In this document: positions 35,930 to 49,440 of the stretch, one piece after another
How the letters are laid out: each line of letters opens with the position of its first letter
Position numbering within the stretch: position 1 is the stretch's first letter
Source: Mytilus californianus
Lineage: Eukaryota
NCBI RefSeq assembly: GCF_021869535.1
Contig: NW_026262701.1
Coordinates: 9,486,001-9,550,000 of the forward strand
Length of the DNA: 64,000 bases
Direction: 5' to 3'
The notes under the pieces: generated by a model
Database searches by the model: none
What the model saw: the letters and a program-made list of their open reading frames with translations, nothing else
What the model was told of the DNA's origin: nothing
Made by a program: the position numbers and the translations under genes

Positions 35930-38900
35930 CTAAAATGGTAGGATCAAAAGAAATTCAAAAGTATAATTTACCAACATTTAGGTAAACACAATCACAATAA
36001 ATTTATAAGATTCCAACCACTCGAAACGATCCAGAAATAACAAGGGCAATCGCATAAACCATTTGAAGATTCCCGTAAAATTATCGAACTGTCTTGGATT
36101 AAACGACTGCATACAGCATATCCCCTAGTTCTAAATGACAATATAATGGGACAAGGGAACATATCTAAAACTTCTTCTTTTGATATCATGAATAATGTTG
36201 ATAAAAGACAACGTAATAATAGGCAAACGTAGCAATCGAAATCAACGAATTAAACATCGTATGGATTATAAACTTGATGATCTCCTTTCTATATTTAAAA
36301 AACAATGGTAGGCATCAATTATTATGTAAACTGGATCAAATACCAGTGATTGAATTACATGATATTTTCAAGGAGTGTGACACAATTTCGTTCTTCAGCC
36401 CACTCTATGAATATTCGCGTATAATTACAGCTTTTTTACAACATAGGCTGTTCCCGCGTATCGATAAACCTGAAGATCATAAACGATATTTTCTGAAAAT
36501 TAAATATATTAACAGAGGTATTGATTTCATCAAGTTATTGAGTATATTTAATGACTCTACCATTCAAAACTTTATACCTCCCTTTTTGATAACACAGAAC
36601 CACCTAGTATTTCGTATGCATACAAAAAAACCAGCAGAAGATTAATTTCTAATTATACATCAGTAACATCAGACGTCAGTGTAGAAAATAATACTCCTCG
36701 AACTTAAGACTGAATCTTCGAATTTTAGATATGATCCATATGGCCACGTTATTACGGGGGACCTCAATATAGTTCTTCAAGACTGTGAGGTTAAAATGTT
36801 TTTAAAAAAGTACCAAAATATCGTCCTCCATCTAAAATAGATTGCAAACAGGGTCGTCCGGTCACAAAATACGCCTTTTCGTCGTATTGTAAAAATTGGT
36901 GTAAACGGGAAAAATCCTATTGAAAATCTCTTGATTTTCATTTAAATAAATGTATGAATGTTGTGGATATCCTAATATCGCAAATTGGTTTGTGTTTGAA
37001 CCGACTGACAAAGCAGCCAACAATGTACTTGTTGTATACTACACGGACGTTCTTATGAATGAAATTTTAAATTCTTCTACATTCAAGTCCGTGCGCTCCA
37101 CAGAGAGTCATATAGTAAACAAATATATCATAACCACATCACAGCTTAAGGCCTCTTCTGAACATTTAAAGGTCCCTACTGTATTGGCTACCTTAACTAC
37201 ACAAAAAACCAGTAAAATATCATTTCATCTCGGCCTCTTTTAAGTGTTCTACAACTAATCTGTCAGTGTGTTTAACTAGTTCCTTAACTTCTATCAAAGA
37301 ACTTTAGTAATAAAACATATGCAAATAGTGGAATTAACTATTTTTGGAGTGTAAAAAATTCTTTTGATCTTTTAGATAAATTACGTGCTTTTGATTGTCC
37401 TGTTGATTCTGTTGACAGTTTTGACTTTTGAACTATTTACACTACACATCCACACAATCTTATTAAAAAAAGTTTTCCTATTGAATTAAATGGTCGTTTG
37501 GTAAATCTGAATGCAACTATATTTGCTGCAACTCATTTAAAGCCTTCTTCTCTAATGAGAAAGGTAAATATGCCAGATATACTTTCTGGAGGTGTGATAA
37601 GATGATTGAAGCTGTTAATTGTCTCCTTGATAATATTTATGTACGTTTCGGCAATAAAGTTTATCGACAGGTTGTAGGTATTCCTATGGGCACCAATTGT
37701 GCCCCTTTATTAGCAGACTTGTTTTTGTACTATTATGAATCAAAGTTTATGACCAAACTACATAAATTCAACAACACTAACAGTTAACTTGATGATATTT
37801 TTTCGTTAAATAATCAAGAATTTTCTAAATATACTGCCGAAATTTACCCAAAGGAACTTACTTTAAATAAATCAAATATAAACGGTAATAACTGTGCTTT
37901 CCTAGATTAAGACATTTCAGTTTTAACAGGAAACTCTACACTAAAATTTACGACAAAAGGGACGATTTTCCGTTCCCTCTTGTTAATTTTCCTTTTTTTG
38001 ACGGTGATGTTCCTTTGGCATCATCTTATGGTGATTATATATCACAACTCGTTCGCCCTGTCCGTGTCTGTTGTGACGTTTTGGATTTCATTGAGCGTTA
38101 TATATGTATTACTGGTAAATTATTAAGTCAGGGATTTCGTTACCACTAATTACTTTAAACCTTACTAAATTTTTCGATAGATATAAAGATTTGGTTATGA
38201 AGTTTGGTTGTACCTGTAACTTATTTCTAACGGGATAGCACATCCTAATGTTTACGGAGATGTTGTTTATATACGATCCGGGTAAACTTATCGATCTTTT
38301 AAATAAACTTATTCTTAAAGGATACCAATTCACCACTATAATTAGATCTTTGAATATTGTTTTCATTGGTATTAGTATTGATTTTGTTATCAGTAAATTA
38401 AAATCAAACTAAATATTATTTTTATATACTTATGCACATTCATGGCTCTACAATCTGACGATACCTGTATCTTAGCATTGCACAAGGTCATGTTTTTCTC
38501 TAACTGTTAATGACGTCTTAACACTAAAACCATTGAATGTTGGATGTGTACTGATAGATATTTTAGTCTTAGATGCATGATTTCTTTTTATTAGTTATTG
38601 GCTTTGAACTAGCTGTCAGTAACTAGGAGTACTCTCAGATCTGTACTTAGAGTCTTTTTTTGTAGTTGGAATGTATAAGTACCCTGCCACGTCCACTCTG
38701 CATTTTTGTTACATGTATTTCTCCTTTTTATCCATCTGATGAGGTTAGCTCTTTCAACAAATTTTTATAGTTTGTATTTATGTTGTATTGTTACACCACT
38801 GTCATAGGTTAAGGGGAGGGTTGTCGCCTTGAAACTAGTTTAACCCGCCAAATTCTACATGTGCCTTTCCCAAGTCAGGATCCTGTAGTTCAATGGTTGT

Positions 38901-39147
38901 CGTTTGTTGCTGTATATCATATTTGTTTTTCGTTCATTATTTTGTACATAAATCAAGCCATTAGTTATCTCGTTTGTATTGTTTTACATTCGTCATTTCG
39001 GGGCCTTTTATAGCTGACTATGCGGTATTGGTTTTTCTTATTATTGAATTCCGTACGGTCACCTATAGTTGTTAATTTCTGTGTCAGTTGGTCTCTTGTG
39101 GAGAGTTGTGTCATTGGCAATCATACCACATCTTCTTATTTTTATAT
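35930..39147 (+). mobile_element. Penelope-like retroelement with N-terminal GIY-YIG (Naiad-type), 5'-truncated and decayed
   Basis: IIYQH...ELSWIKRLHTAYPLVLND (GIY-YIG C-half, 35963-36140) precedes linker HVITGDLNIV and RT: PTDKAANN, YRQVVGIPMGTNCAPLLADLFLYYYE, DDIFSLNN, YDK.DDF.F..VNFPF, YISQL; about 750-bp 3' region. Confidence 0.88.
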
Positions 39148-39343
39148 TAAAATGGAAATTTTGTAAAACGAATTTCTGGTTATTATAAAGGGCATGGAGT
39201 AAATAGTATTCCCATCGTCAATCTGCATTTTTAAATATTTTTCTATTTGTTACGGAAATTTAATACTTTATTATCTTACAAAAACAATCTAAACATTTTG
39301 TTCGAGTTTTTGGTTATTATTTTTTAACCTTACCTACCAATTT

Positions 39344-41260
39344 CACTACAAACCAGTAAAAGTCTGAAATGGCCTATATCTGTACTCGACTGTACTGATT
39401 TTTACTCGACCAGTCTGAATTGGTCTGAATTTTACTTGACATTACTCGACCCCAGTCTTAACCATACTCGACTGTACTGATTTGTACTTGACCCTTATCT
39501 TTGCCATTGAAAATAGTCTAAACTATTACTCGACCAGTCTGAAACAGTCTTAACCCATTCTCGACCTGTACTCGACCTATTTTTTCAGTCTAAACCATAC
39601 TCGACCAAAGGTCTGAACCATACTCGACCAAAGGTCTGAACAATACTCGACCAGTCTGAACCATACTTGACCAAATAACCTCTACTTTTTCTAAATTTTA
39701 ACTGTTAAAATGAATTTCTTTTTAACTGACATGACAACAACCTCAATAAAATAAAGATATATTATAAAAACAGATTTTTACATTCTTACATGATTCTCAG
39801 ATTTATCGAATAGAGATAGTTAAATCAAATTATCTTATATAATAATTTAATTATGTTAATTTTAAAGTTTTAGTGTTTTGTTAAAAAAAAGATTTTCTTT
39901 TACCTAAAAACCACACCTATACTGATGGTTATTAAACCTTATTAAGGTGCTTCTTGTTTGGCATGTGTTTTTTTTTTTAAATAATTTTCCTAAATTCCTA
40001 AATAAAAACTACATAGGTTTCATGGTTACATACAAAAAATGTACAATAGTTATATAATTATCTTTTTAATGAGGTAACTACAGCCAACAAAATCACTGAA
40101 ATTGTTTAACCTTATTTTAGAAATATATCTATTATTATAATTTGGGATATATTATATACAATATATATCAAAAGATAAAAATTAAAGAAATTAATAAAAT
40201 TATTCTTCTAATTAGTGGTGAAGTATAAAGTAATACCTCCTGCTTGGGGCAAACTCATGAAAAAGATCACACCTGGTCAGAGAGTATTAAATTCTAAATA
40301 ACATTCGTTCAAAATTGCAACATCCTGTGAAACTTAAATCGCAAGGCCTTTTGAATTCACTAGATAAGTAATACACGAGTTTAAGAAAAATAGGGCTTTC
40401 TTTTTACCTGTAAAACACACATGTACTGAGGTAATTAAACCTTATTAAAGTGCTTCTTGTATGCCATGTCTTTAATTTTGACAAAAATTATTTAAATTTA
40501 ATTGAAATAAATTTTTACTGTAACTTTGGAACACATTTCCTTTTTTAAAAGTTTTATCACAGGATTACTATGGAAGTTCTATTATCATGATTATATTAAA
40601 TTCTTGGTTAAACAAAACAAAGGTGTCATTTTTTAAATTTATTAAGTTGCTTTATATGCTATTTTATATATATTTTAATAAAAAAATGTTCACTGCATTA
40701 TTAACTAAACTCAACTGATACCATAAATCTATACGAGGTTTAAGTTAATGGTGAAAATTGTCCAGTAACCATAAAATATATCTGAAACATTCCAAAAATT
40801 TTGAATAACATTGAAAATATTAGTCACAATTCAGTTTTGAGATTATTTGATCAGCTTGTTTTATTTTTATTTTAAAGGTGATATATATGTATGTATATAA
40901 GTGTTGATGAATATGGGGATGAAGTTATATTATGTTTATTGTGAAATTTTGGTTTCAATGCTATATTGAATACATTTTTAATTTCAAATTGTTGTTCAAA
41001 TTTCTAGCCAGGGGAAATAGCTGTTGTTAAAAACAGTTCCTAAATTGATGAAATACAATAGATAGATACAAAAAATAGGTCTAGGTTGGTTAAGACTTGG
41101 TCGAGTATGGTTCAGACTAGGTCGAGTATCGTTCAGACTAGGTCGAGTATGGTTCAGACTAGGTCGAGCATGGTTCAGACTAGGTCGAGCATGGTTCAGA
41201 CGCGTATAAAATGGTTAAGTACTGGTCGAGTAAGGGTCGAGTACAAGTTCAGACTGTTAA
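39344..41260. mobile_element. Second CACTA-ended non-autonomous element with inverted subterminal repeat arrays (right end not found)
   Basis: Starts CACTACAAACCAG; ACTCGACCAGTCTGAACCAT-type motifs at 39380-39670, and inverted as a 21-bp tandem GGTCGAGTATGGTTCAGACTA at 41080-41250. Confidence 0.65.
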
Positions 41261-43009
41261 GTATGGAAAATTCAATCGGAAAGTCCCTAATCACATGGCA
41301 AAATCAAATGACAAAACACATCAAACGAATGGACAACAACTGTCATATTCCTGACTTGGTACAGGCATTTTCAAATGTAGAAAATGGTGGATTGAACCTG
41401 GTTCTATAGCGCTAAACCTCTCACTTGTACGACAGTCTCATCAAATTCCGTTATATTTACAACGATGCGTGAACAAAACAGACATAATAAATAAAATAGT
41501 CAAAATATGGGTACAGCAGTCATCACTGTGTTACAATCTCAAAACAAACAATCATTTACAAAAAAGCACAAAAGCATCTATCAAATTAAAAACCACATTC
41601 ATTGCTTCGCGTGTCTGACGTCAGAAAATGTAAACGTCAAATAAGAAGAAATTTTGTCGTTCAATGTATAATTTTCTGACAACAGATCATTAATAAAGAT
41701 ACACTCTTTTTTATAATACAATATATTTGAACTTAGGATGATCTCGGATGCGCCGGAATGGTAATCAGATCCTGCTCCACATGTGGTACCCGTCGTGTAA
41801 TTACAAACCCAGTGATTAGTCTTTCTTGGTTCACATTTGAGGAAAAGAGGAGGTGATTGTGGTTACGAAAATTGGAACAGATCTGTCGTCATCTATGAAG
41901 CAGATATTCCATTTCATAGATATAAGAAGATGTGGTATGAGTTCCAATGAGACAACTCTCCATCCAAGTCAAAATTTATAAAAGTAAACCATTATAGGTC
42001 ACAGTACGGTCTTCACACGGAGCCTTGGCTCACACCGAACAGTAAGCTATAAAGGGCCCCAAAAAATTACTAGTGTAAAACCATTCAAACGGGAAAACCA
42101 ACGGTCTAATCTATATAAAAAACGAGAAACGAGAAACACTTATGAACCACATCAACAAACGACAACTACTGAACATCAGATTCCTGACTTAGGACAGGTG
42201 CAAACAATTGCAGCGGGTTTAAACTTTTTAATGGTACCAAACCTTCACCCTTTTTCTGAAACAATAGTGTAACATCACAACATAGAAAGACACACTATAA
42301 AATATCAACTGAAATAGCTTAACTCAATCAAAGGACATATTAACACCATTGAACATACACTGAACAAATAAAATAAATGAAAATAATTTTGTTGTTAGGT
42401 ATACGTGTACAGTAACAATAGAGAAAGGAAATATTTTTACAAAATAAATAATTTAGAATACAAAATAAATAAACTAAGGGAAGAATAATAAAAGTAACAT
42501 GTTATATAGGTAAGAAATGTAAAACAATAAAAGAAAAACAATATGCTCGAACAAAAATACCATCCATTTGCAATAACTTTAAACACAGGTAAATGAAAAT
42601 AATTCTGTTGTTAGGTATACGTGTACAGTACCAATAGAGAAAGGAAATACTTTTACAAAATAAATAATTTTGATGTTCATAGTACGAAGTAAAAATTTAT
42701 AGTTATACCAAACACTTATCAAAGCAGGTATATAGACCAGATATAACCCTGAATAACATTAAATAACAAAAAAGCAATACAATTAGTATCAACAGGTCAA
42801 ATAAACAAGAAAGTACGATTTGAGAGTACTCGCAGTTACTGACAGCTAGTTAAAAGCCAAAACAATTAATAATAAAAAATCATGCATCAGAGACTAAAAT
42901 CAACTAAAACACATCCCAGGGATTTAGTATTTTAACGTCATGGACAGTCAAAGAAGACATGACTAGTGCAATGCCAAAAATAAATGTATCGACAGACAGT
43001 ATGATAGTT

Positions 43010-43190
43010 AGGAGTTTAACCTCAGTCAACTTACTGGTGATGGCGTCCGTAAAATTTTTCGAAGGGAAATTTCAACTTAACCACTTGGAACTTTTGGTTT
43101 AAAAGCTTCATTGCAAGAATCAATCATATATCAAGGAAATTATAATAGGAAATATAAGCTCTGGAATATCGTATCAGCTGTGATCAAACT
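43010..43190 (-). mobile_element. Penelope-like RT C-terminal fragment
   Basis: QLIRYSRAYISY.NFLD...KLLNQKFQVVKLK...KFYGRHH. Similar fragments at 51400-51545 (plus) and 60790-61140 (minus). Confidence 0.65.
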
Positions 43191-45074
43191 ACGGTTTCCA
43201 ATTATGTAATCATTCAACATTTCAAATAATAAACTAGCAACAGCGCCACACATAGACAGTGAATAATATATTAACTGCAATTTCCAACTGATTTACAGTT
43301 TATCCGTATGTGGTTTTGGTACACCACGTTCCCATTAAAAAAATGGGGGAACACCAACAAACAAGTTTAACCCCGCCACAATCTTTTTTTCAAAGAATAA
43401 ATCAATAGTTGTACATATATAATCACTGGATAATTCTTTTTGTGGGACAAACTTAGACATGCAATATCATTTTGACGGAAAAGAAAAAGTCCAAAGAACT
43501 GAATCTAAATATGGTTGTATCGTTTTCGGTTATACTCCATATTCATACATTTAGCGCCTTGTACAATAAAACTGTGTCGTGGAAATAATAATTTTTTTTA
43601 TCAGGCTTAGTCAATCTATTGACGGCGTCATATGTCTTTTATTGACGTTTTGATGCAGTGTGATTTTAAACGTAGAATCGACTGCTGAATTTGTATTTAT
43701 CATTTAAAAAAGTTACAGTAGATATGTTATATAAATTTGAATTGTAATAACTATTTCGTACACCTACTACACTAGATTTAACAAGAGAATTGAAATGTGT
43801 TTATAACTTACCTTTGTTACCGTTATTATATTTATCGACAGAACATACATGACAAAATTGATTTTCATTAAATATACTTAATTTGGTTAGCTTCTTAAGA
43901 ATATATACGTTATCAACGTTTTAAACGTTCTTCCTTGATTTCATCTGAATCGAACATCAAATCATTATTGTATTTATAGTTTACTTAATTTGTACTTTAT
44001 CGAGAAAGTGTATACTATATAAGATATGTACTATCAACTACAAAATTTTTTTTATTTGCATGTTTGTCAATATACTATCAACTACAAAAAAGTTTTTTTG
44101 ACATCATTGTCAAATTTACTTTTAAATACAACTTATTTTGTGACGTCTTTGTTAGATTTATTGTATGTTTTTTTTTAATTGTTTAGCCAGTTGTGTTGTA
44201 TGTTTGTTATATATGTTTACATAGTTTTGGCTGATGGATCCCGATTATTGCCACTTTAACCTATTATGTCGGTTTGGGTTGATCATCCAATTTTGTCAAT
44301 ATAACGGACCTATAAACTGTCATACAAGTGGGAGGTTTAGCTAGCTATAAATTCAGGTTTGACCCACAATTTTCTACTAGAAATGCCTGTACCAAGTCAT
44401 GAATATGACGATTGTTTTCCTCTCGTTCCGTTGGTTAATACGTTTGCTTTTGTCAGTTTGTATGGACTATCTTCTTCTTCTTCTTCTTCTTCTTCTTCTT
44501 CTTCTTCTTCTTCTTCTTCTTCTTCTTCTGGAAGTCCACCCTATTTGCAGGGTCACCGCATTAAAAATATTATTATTTATATTTTTAAAAATGCGTCACT
44601 TTATAAAATTAATAGATTAACATATTTTAACTATGTGAGGGTAAAATAAAGTAAAATATAAAGAATAAAGGTAAAACTTGTATTTACACTGTAGACTGAC
44701 ATAAGCTTAAAACATTATATTTTAAAATGGATAAAACTTTAATTGGTGTGTTAAAAGTGTCCAATAGTTTAAAAATAATTAATGGGATAAGGATTTTTTA
44801 TGTCAGTACTGATAAAAAGTTCAACAATCACATAGGGGTTCCATACCTTAAATTTATTGTTAAAATTTTAAATCTTGTGAAGGACCCAATTGATCGGTTT
44901 TAATTAGTAAATGTTGTTGTTTATATGTAAAATATAATGCAGGGGTCATATAGTTATAAATTTACTAACGGATATAATCTGTAGCTATTTCCCTCTAAAT
45001 TATTTCTATTCTCATGACCGACAGTATCCAGCTTATAAAGTTCCAAGAGTTAAAAATGAATGTTCATTATATTT

Positions 45075-46950
45075 ACTGTAGTAATTCCGCTCTCTTGGTA
45101 TGCAATGCATATACCCAGTCTTTCATATTCTTTCTATAGCAACTAGGTGAGTCACAGATATGTGACGTTTGCTGGAACAGTTAACTAGTAATTGAAGCAG
45201 ATCGTCTTCAGATGTTGAAGTTGATATGTAGTTTAGCCATCAGATGTTTAAATTTGGTGTAGTGGAATTTTCTCACTGATTTGAGGCTTATGCAGTTAAC
45301 AAGAAAGTGCTTGTAATCTTCTGTTTACACAATTTGAACTCTGCAGATTTTGTTCAGTCAAAGAGGTTGTCAATGCTTTGAGTTTTATATGTCCCGGTCA
45401 ATATTCTGAATTTTATTATTCCTTTAGCAACATCTCGCTTGTTGTCTCTGACACTGCTCCAACATGTATTAGGTTTTCTGAAGTTCCAATTGCTTACTTC
45501 CATATGATTACGTGATGTTTTGGTTTTAGCTAATTTAGGACATTTTGTTTTCCATGTTGAATCTATCATATCATGAACCATTTTTGTCCAGTTTTTCCTT
45601 TCGATTTAAGATTATCTCATGTGCAGATGGTAGTTTATACGACTTGAGAATACTATCTACTTTTATACATCTCATGTTGCTAATTGTTTTATTCCTATTT
45701 GATGTTCAATCGAATTTGTATCTTTTGAAATTCTAAGGATCAAATAAATCATTGCTTTGTGGATAAGTTGTTCTACAGATTCTGCCCCAACCAAAATATA
45801 TATTGCAGCATCTGCGGTCCGTTGTGGTAGAGACAGTAGTTGTTAAAATGTCTTTTTCTTAAAGTTTTTTAGTTTTAAAATGTCTGTCTTGGTGAAGTTA
45901 AGAATTTCAACACCATATAACATTCGTGGTATGACATAAGTTCGCCAAAGTTTGTATGATATCAATGGATTTATTCCGTTAATTCCATGTAGACCTGATC
46001 CCATGAGAGTTGCTCTAGCAGTAGAAATTCTCTATACTACATTTGGGCTATTTCGGTCCTGTCTTTCAATACCCAGGTGCTCTATGTTGTGTTTTTCACT
46101 TATCTTCTCGTTAAACAGTTCAAGATTAGGTTTGTTCTTTTTGTTAATCAACAGTATTTCAGTCTTTTTACTATTGATCTTAACTCGATCATTTTTGGTA
46201 CAGCTTTCAATGATGCATAGTTGAGCTGATGCATCCTGTTCCGATGTTGCACATATATAGCATAATATCATCTGCGCATGTTGGACAACCCAAATAATTG
46301 ATTCCGATCTTAAAACCGATATCTGTTGCTTTGAGTGTATCTAGAATATTCTTATTGTAAGTTTTGTAAAAGCTAGCAGATAAAATACCTCCCTGCTTTA
46401 CTCCTTGCTTGTTAGTGAATGCTTCCGAGATACGTCCGTGAGATTTTACTTGGGTTGATGTATTATTATATAGTTCTCTGATCAGAAGCCAGGTTGACTC
46501 TGTGATTCCTTGGTGAAATAATTTCCAAAAAAGATGTATGTGATCTACGACATCGAATGCCTTTTCTGCATCTAGGGTGGCACCTTTTGTAAAACCTTTT
46601 TGCAGTCTATTTTGTTGTTTTTTTAAAGTGCCTTCAATCCTAGGTCTGAAGCAGAGTTCTAAAACTTTACAAATGATCGAGATGACCGTTATTCCTCTAT
46701 AATTTGATGGTATTGTTGGGTGTTTGTCTTTTTTATGGCCTGGAGTTAGAAGTCCCTTTTAATAGCATCAGGCACATGTTTTGTGTAGAAGATGTTATTA
46801 ATGAGAGTTGTCATGTAGTCAGTTAGAGCTAAACCTCCGTATAGTAGATGTTCAGATGTTAAACCGTTTACATCTCCAGATTTCCTTTTTGTTTTTAGAT
46901 GTGAAACCAGTCGGACTTTGGTAGAGTAGACAACCAAACAAGTTTTTACT
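45075..46950 (-). pseudogene. LINE reverse transcriptase with C-terminal Cys/His region, frameshifted
   Basis: KSGDVNGLTSEHLLYGG, SNYRGITV, Q.GF, LDAEKAFDVV, QGVKQGGILS, GCPTCADD, HLGIER, YVIPRMLYG.E, RILTGTY. Confidence 0.9.
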
Positions 46951-47900
46951 ATCTTAATCCCTTGATAATAAGTATGTTGTTCTAGCTCTGAAGAGATTAT
47001 TGACTTGTTTTCTTGAGTTAATAACGAAATAGAAGATATAGCTTATATAAATATATTCTTTAAATGACAGGGTATACAGATATTAAAATCATGAGGTTGG
47101 ATATCCTTGGGAGTACAATTATTTAATCCTCTTTGGACAGCAAAACTGTTTTTACTATCTTGTTTCCTTGACTAGTATTATTGAGTATGATATAAAAGAA
47201 AAATACTTTGATTATATGCAATGCTTGCTGAAATGTTCCTTCTTTTTTTAAAGCTTTATAAGTTGTGAATGAACTTGTTATGATACTATGGTACTGTGGT
47301 CAGCAAAACAGTTTTTACTATCCTACTTCCTTGACTAGAATATTGAGTAGAATACAATATATTTGATCCTTTTCAGACAATGACTGCTGTAATTTTAACT
47401 TGTACAGGTTTATTATATTTTGAGTGTATACTTGATGGTGTTTCTCTTTGGACAGCAAAACTGTATTTACTATCCTGAACTCTTAAATACATATCCTTTT
47501 GGAGAGAGTGTCAGTTGAAATTAAACTTATAAATTTAAGATATTCACTAGTACTGTTCTCTAGACAGCAAAACTGTTTTTACTATCATAAATACTGAAGC
47601 AGTGTCAGAGATATTTATTTGTTGCTATAGGTAGTTGCATGTGATGTGAATTCCTAAATGTTGATGAACTTGGATAGATTTTTTCCTATTTTTTTATGCT
47701 GGATGAGTCAATTAAATTATAGTTATACTTTATTTGACAGCTAAATAGTTTTTACTATCGTAACTATAAGGTAAACTTTGATGTTATAAATAAATTTTAC
47801 TTTAGAACCCAGTGAACATTGGTTGGTTTAGCTTGGTAATTGACAATTAAGTGTCAATAGTTAGACGTAACTTAATAAGCAGCAAAACTGTTTTTACTAC
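46931..47900. repeat. Seven interspersed copies of a 22-bp dyad motif CAGCAAAACTGTTTTTACTATC
   Basis: Copies start at about 46931, 47138, 47301, 47453, 47565, 47738 and 47880; core AAAAC-T-GTTTT is palindromic. Confidence 0.9.
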
Positions 47901-47994
47901 TAATTTTCAGTATCTTGATTTATTTAGGTACGTCTGTGTGTGTGTTTGTGGCGACTCTTCTTTGTTTTTGTAAAACAGTCAAAAACAATTTTGC

Positions 47995-48706
47995 CTACCG
48001 CTGGTACCATAACTTAGCTAGTAGCGGTTTTGGGTGTTCCCCATCCAGTTATACTTGTTTGTAGTTGCAGTGGCTGTGTGCTTTTGCTTTCTGACCTTTG
48101 TGGCCTTTTGTTAGTCGTATCAAGTCGAGTGAAAATCTGGGAGATCTGGCCTGTTCTGTGTTATTCAACTGACGTATCAGGTTGTTTATCGAATCAATTT
48201 GTTTGGCTAATTTTATATCGTCCTCATAAAAAGAATGAGGATCTGGGTGACTTCTTGACGCATTAAATTCAACTATTGAATAGTGAGGGATTTCAAGTAG
48301 GGTTACTCGCGGTGTATTCTTTTTCCGGGGTACCTTTATTGCCAGAGTTAGGTCTTCAAATTTGTCCTGGATGTATTTTAGGATAGTAGATGTGTTTTGA
48401 AATCTCAATTTCAGGAATTTCCCTAATTTGGTTGTAGCGTCACATGTGCCTAACCAAACATAAACGTGTATGTGTTTGAACCTTTTTGTGCGTTTGTGTA
48501 GATTGTTCCTGACTCATAAGATGGAGTCCCTAAGTCTTGAACGTGATTGTTTTACAAACAATATTACGTTCATCCACATTGGTGACCTCACGTTTGATAT
48601 AAGCCCCCTTACTGTCAGAGAGAAGAACAGGAGTGTGTTTCTGCTGCAAACCTGCAGTGTTGACTTTGATTTGTCTCAGACTTCTTCTTATATAGCTATC
48701 GGTCAT
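47995..48706 (-). pseudogene. SGNH/GDSL esterase-like ORF1 of the LINE
   Basis: PVLLSDSKG (block I), VYVWLGTCD (block III), LDGEHP (block V); a few stops and frameshifts. Confidence 0.8.
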
Positions 48707-49440
48707 GAGAACAGACTTGCTCGGCAAGGAGTAATAATTAAAATATAAAGAGGTTTGGGGTTTTACAGTATAAGGAATAAAAAAAAACAAGATAAAATAA
48801 CAGAAAAAATGGAGGTCACGTACGATGTTTTGTGTGCCTACATGATGGATCTAGTCAGCAGAGAAAGTTTATTATTTATAATATATTCTAAAAATGGACG
48901 ATGGATATTACGATATTAATAAACGGTATTTAACTGTTGTATATTAAGGAATAATAAAATAAATGCCTTCTTTTTTTTATAAGGGCGGGTATTTACAAAC
49001 CTCGATCTGCACGGGCGGAATTCTAAGTTTTAAATTTGATTGTTTTTAAGGAGTATTTTTTGTAAAATCTATTACTAAATGTAACTGTATTGTTTTTTAA
49101 ATGTTTTAAGTGTTGCAAATTGGGTGGATCAGTGTGGAATTCCTGAAAAACTTTCAAAATTCGTCTCCGTGAAAAAATCAACCATGCTTGTCAATAGTCT
49201 CGTTTTCATCCTGTTCGAGGAAAAAATTCCGGAAACTCTTTGATCATGACTATCTCTTTAAGAATTTACCTTCGAGTTTGGTATTTTTGTAATACTTTTT
49301 CAATTATATGCAACAAAGATTTTCCATAAAGATTGATCAAGTCATGCCTCGAAAAAAGAGATGAATTCAAGTCAACCTCGAAGAACTCTTGGTATTTGTG
49401 TTCTCAAATATTGAAATTTTCCAGACTTTTGGACTCCATC

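Larger units (their letters stand above)
44473..49247 (-). mobile_element. Apparently full-length non-LTR retrotransposon (RTE-X/CR1-like): esterase ORF1 plus RT, (GAA)n tail, no visible APE
   Basis: GACTATCT duplicated at 44465-44472 and 49248-49255, splitting one family C repeat; (TCT)n at 44470-44529 is the 3' tail; ORF1 and RT are listed separately. Confidence 0.8.

Noticed and set aside
41086-41409. ORF with SSMVQTR repeats
   Set aside because: Produced by the 21-bp subterminal repeat of a DNA transposon joined to a family C repeat.
44359-44649. Poly-Ser and poly-Leu ORFs
   Set aside because: Translation of the (TCT)n tail of the LINE plus a family C repeat.
46931-47900. CRISPR array interpretation of the repeat-spacer structure
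   Set aside because: Eukaryotic context, no cas genes, spacers too long and variable, and some spacers are homologous to each other. Kept as a finding under a different interpretation.
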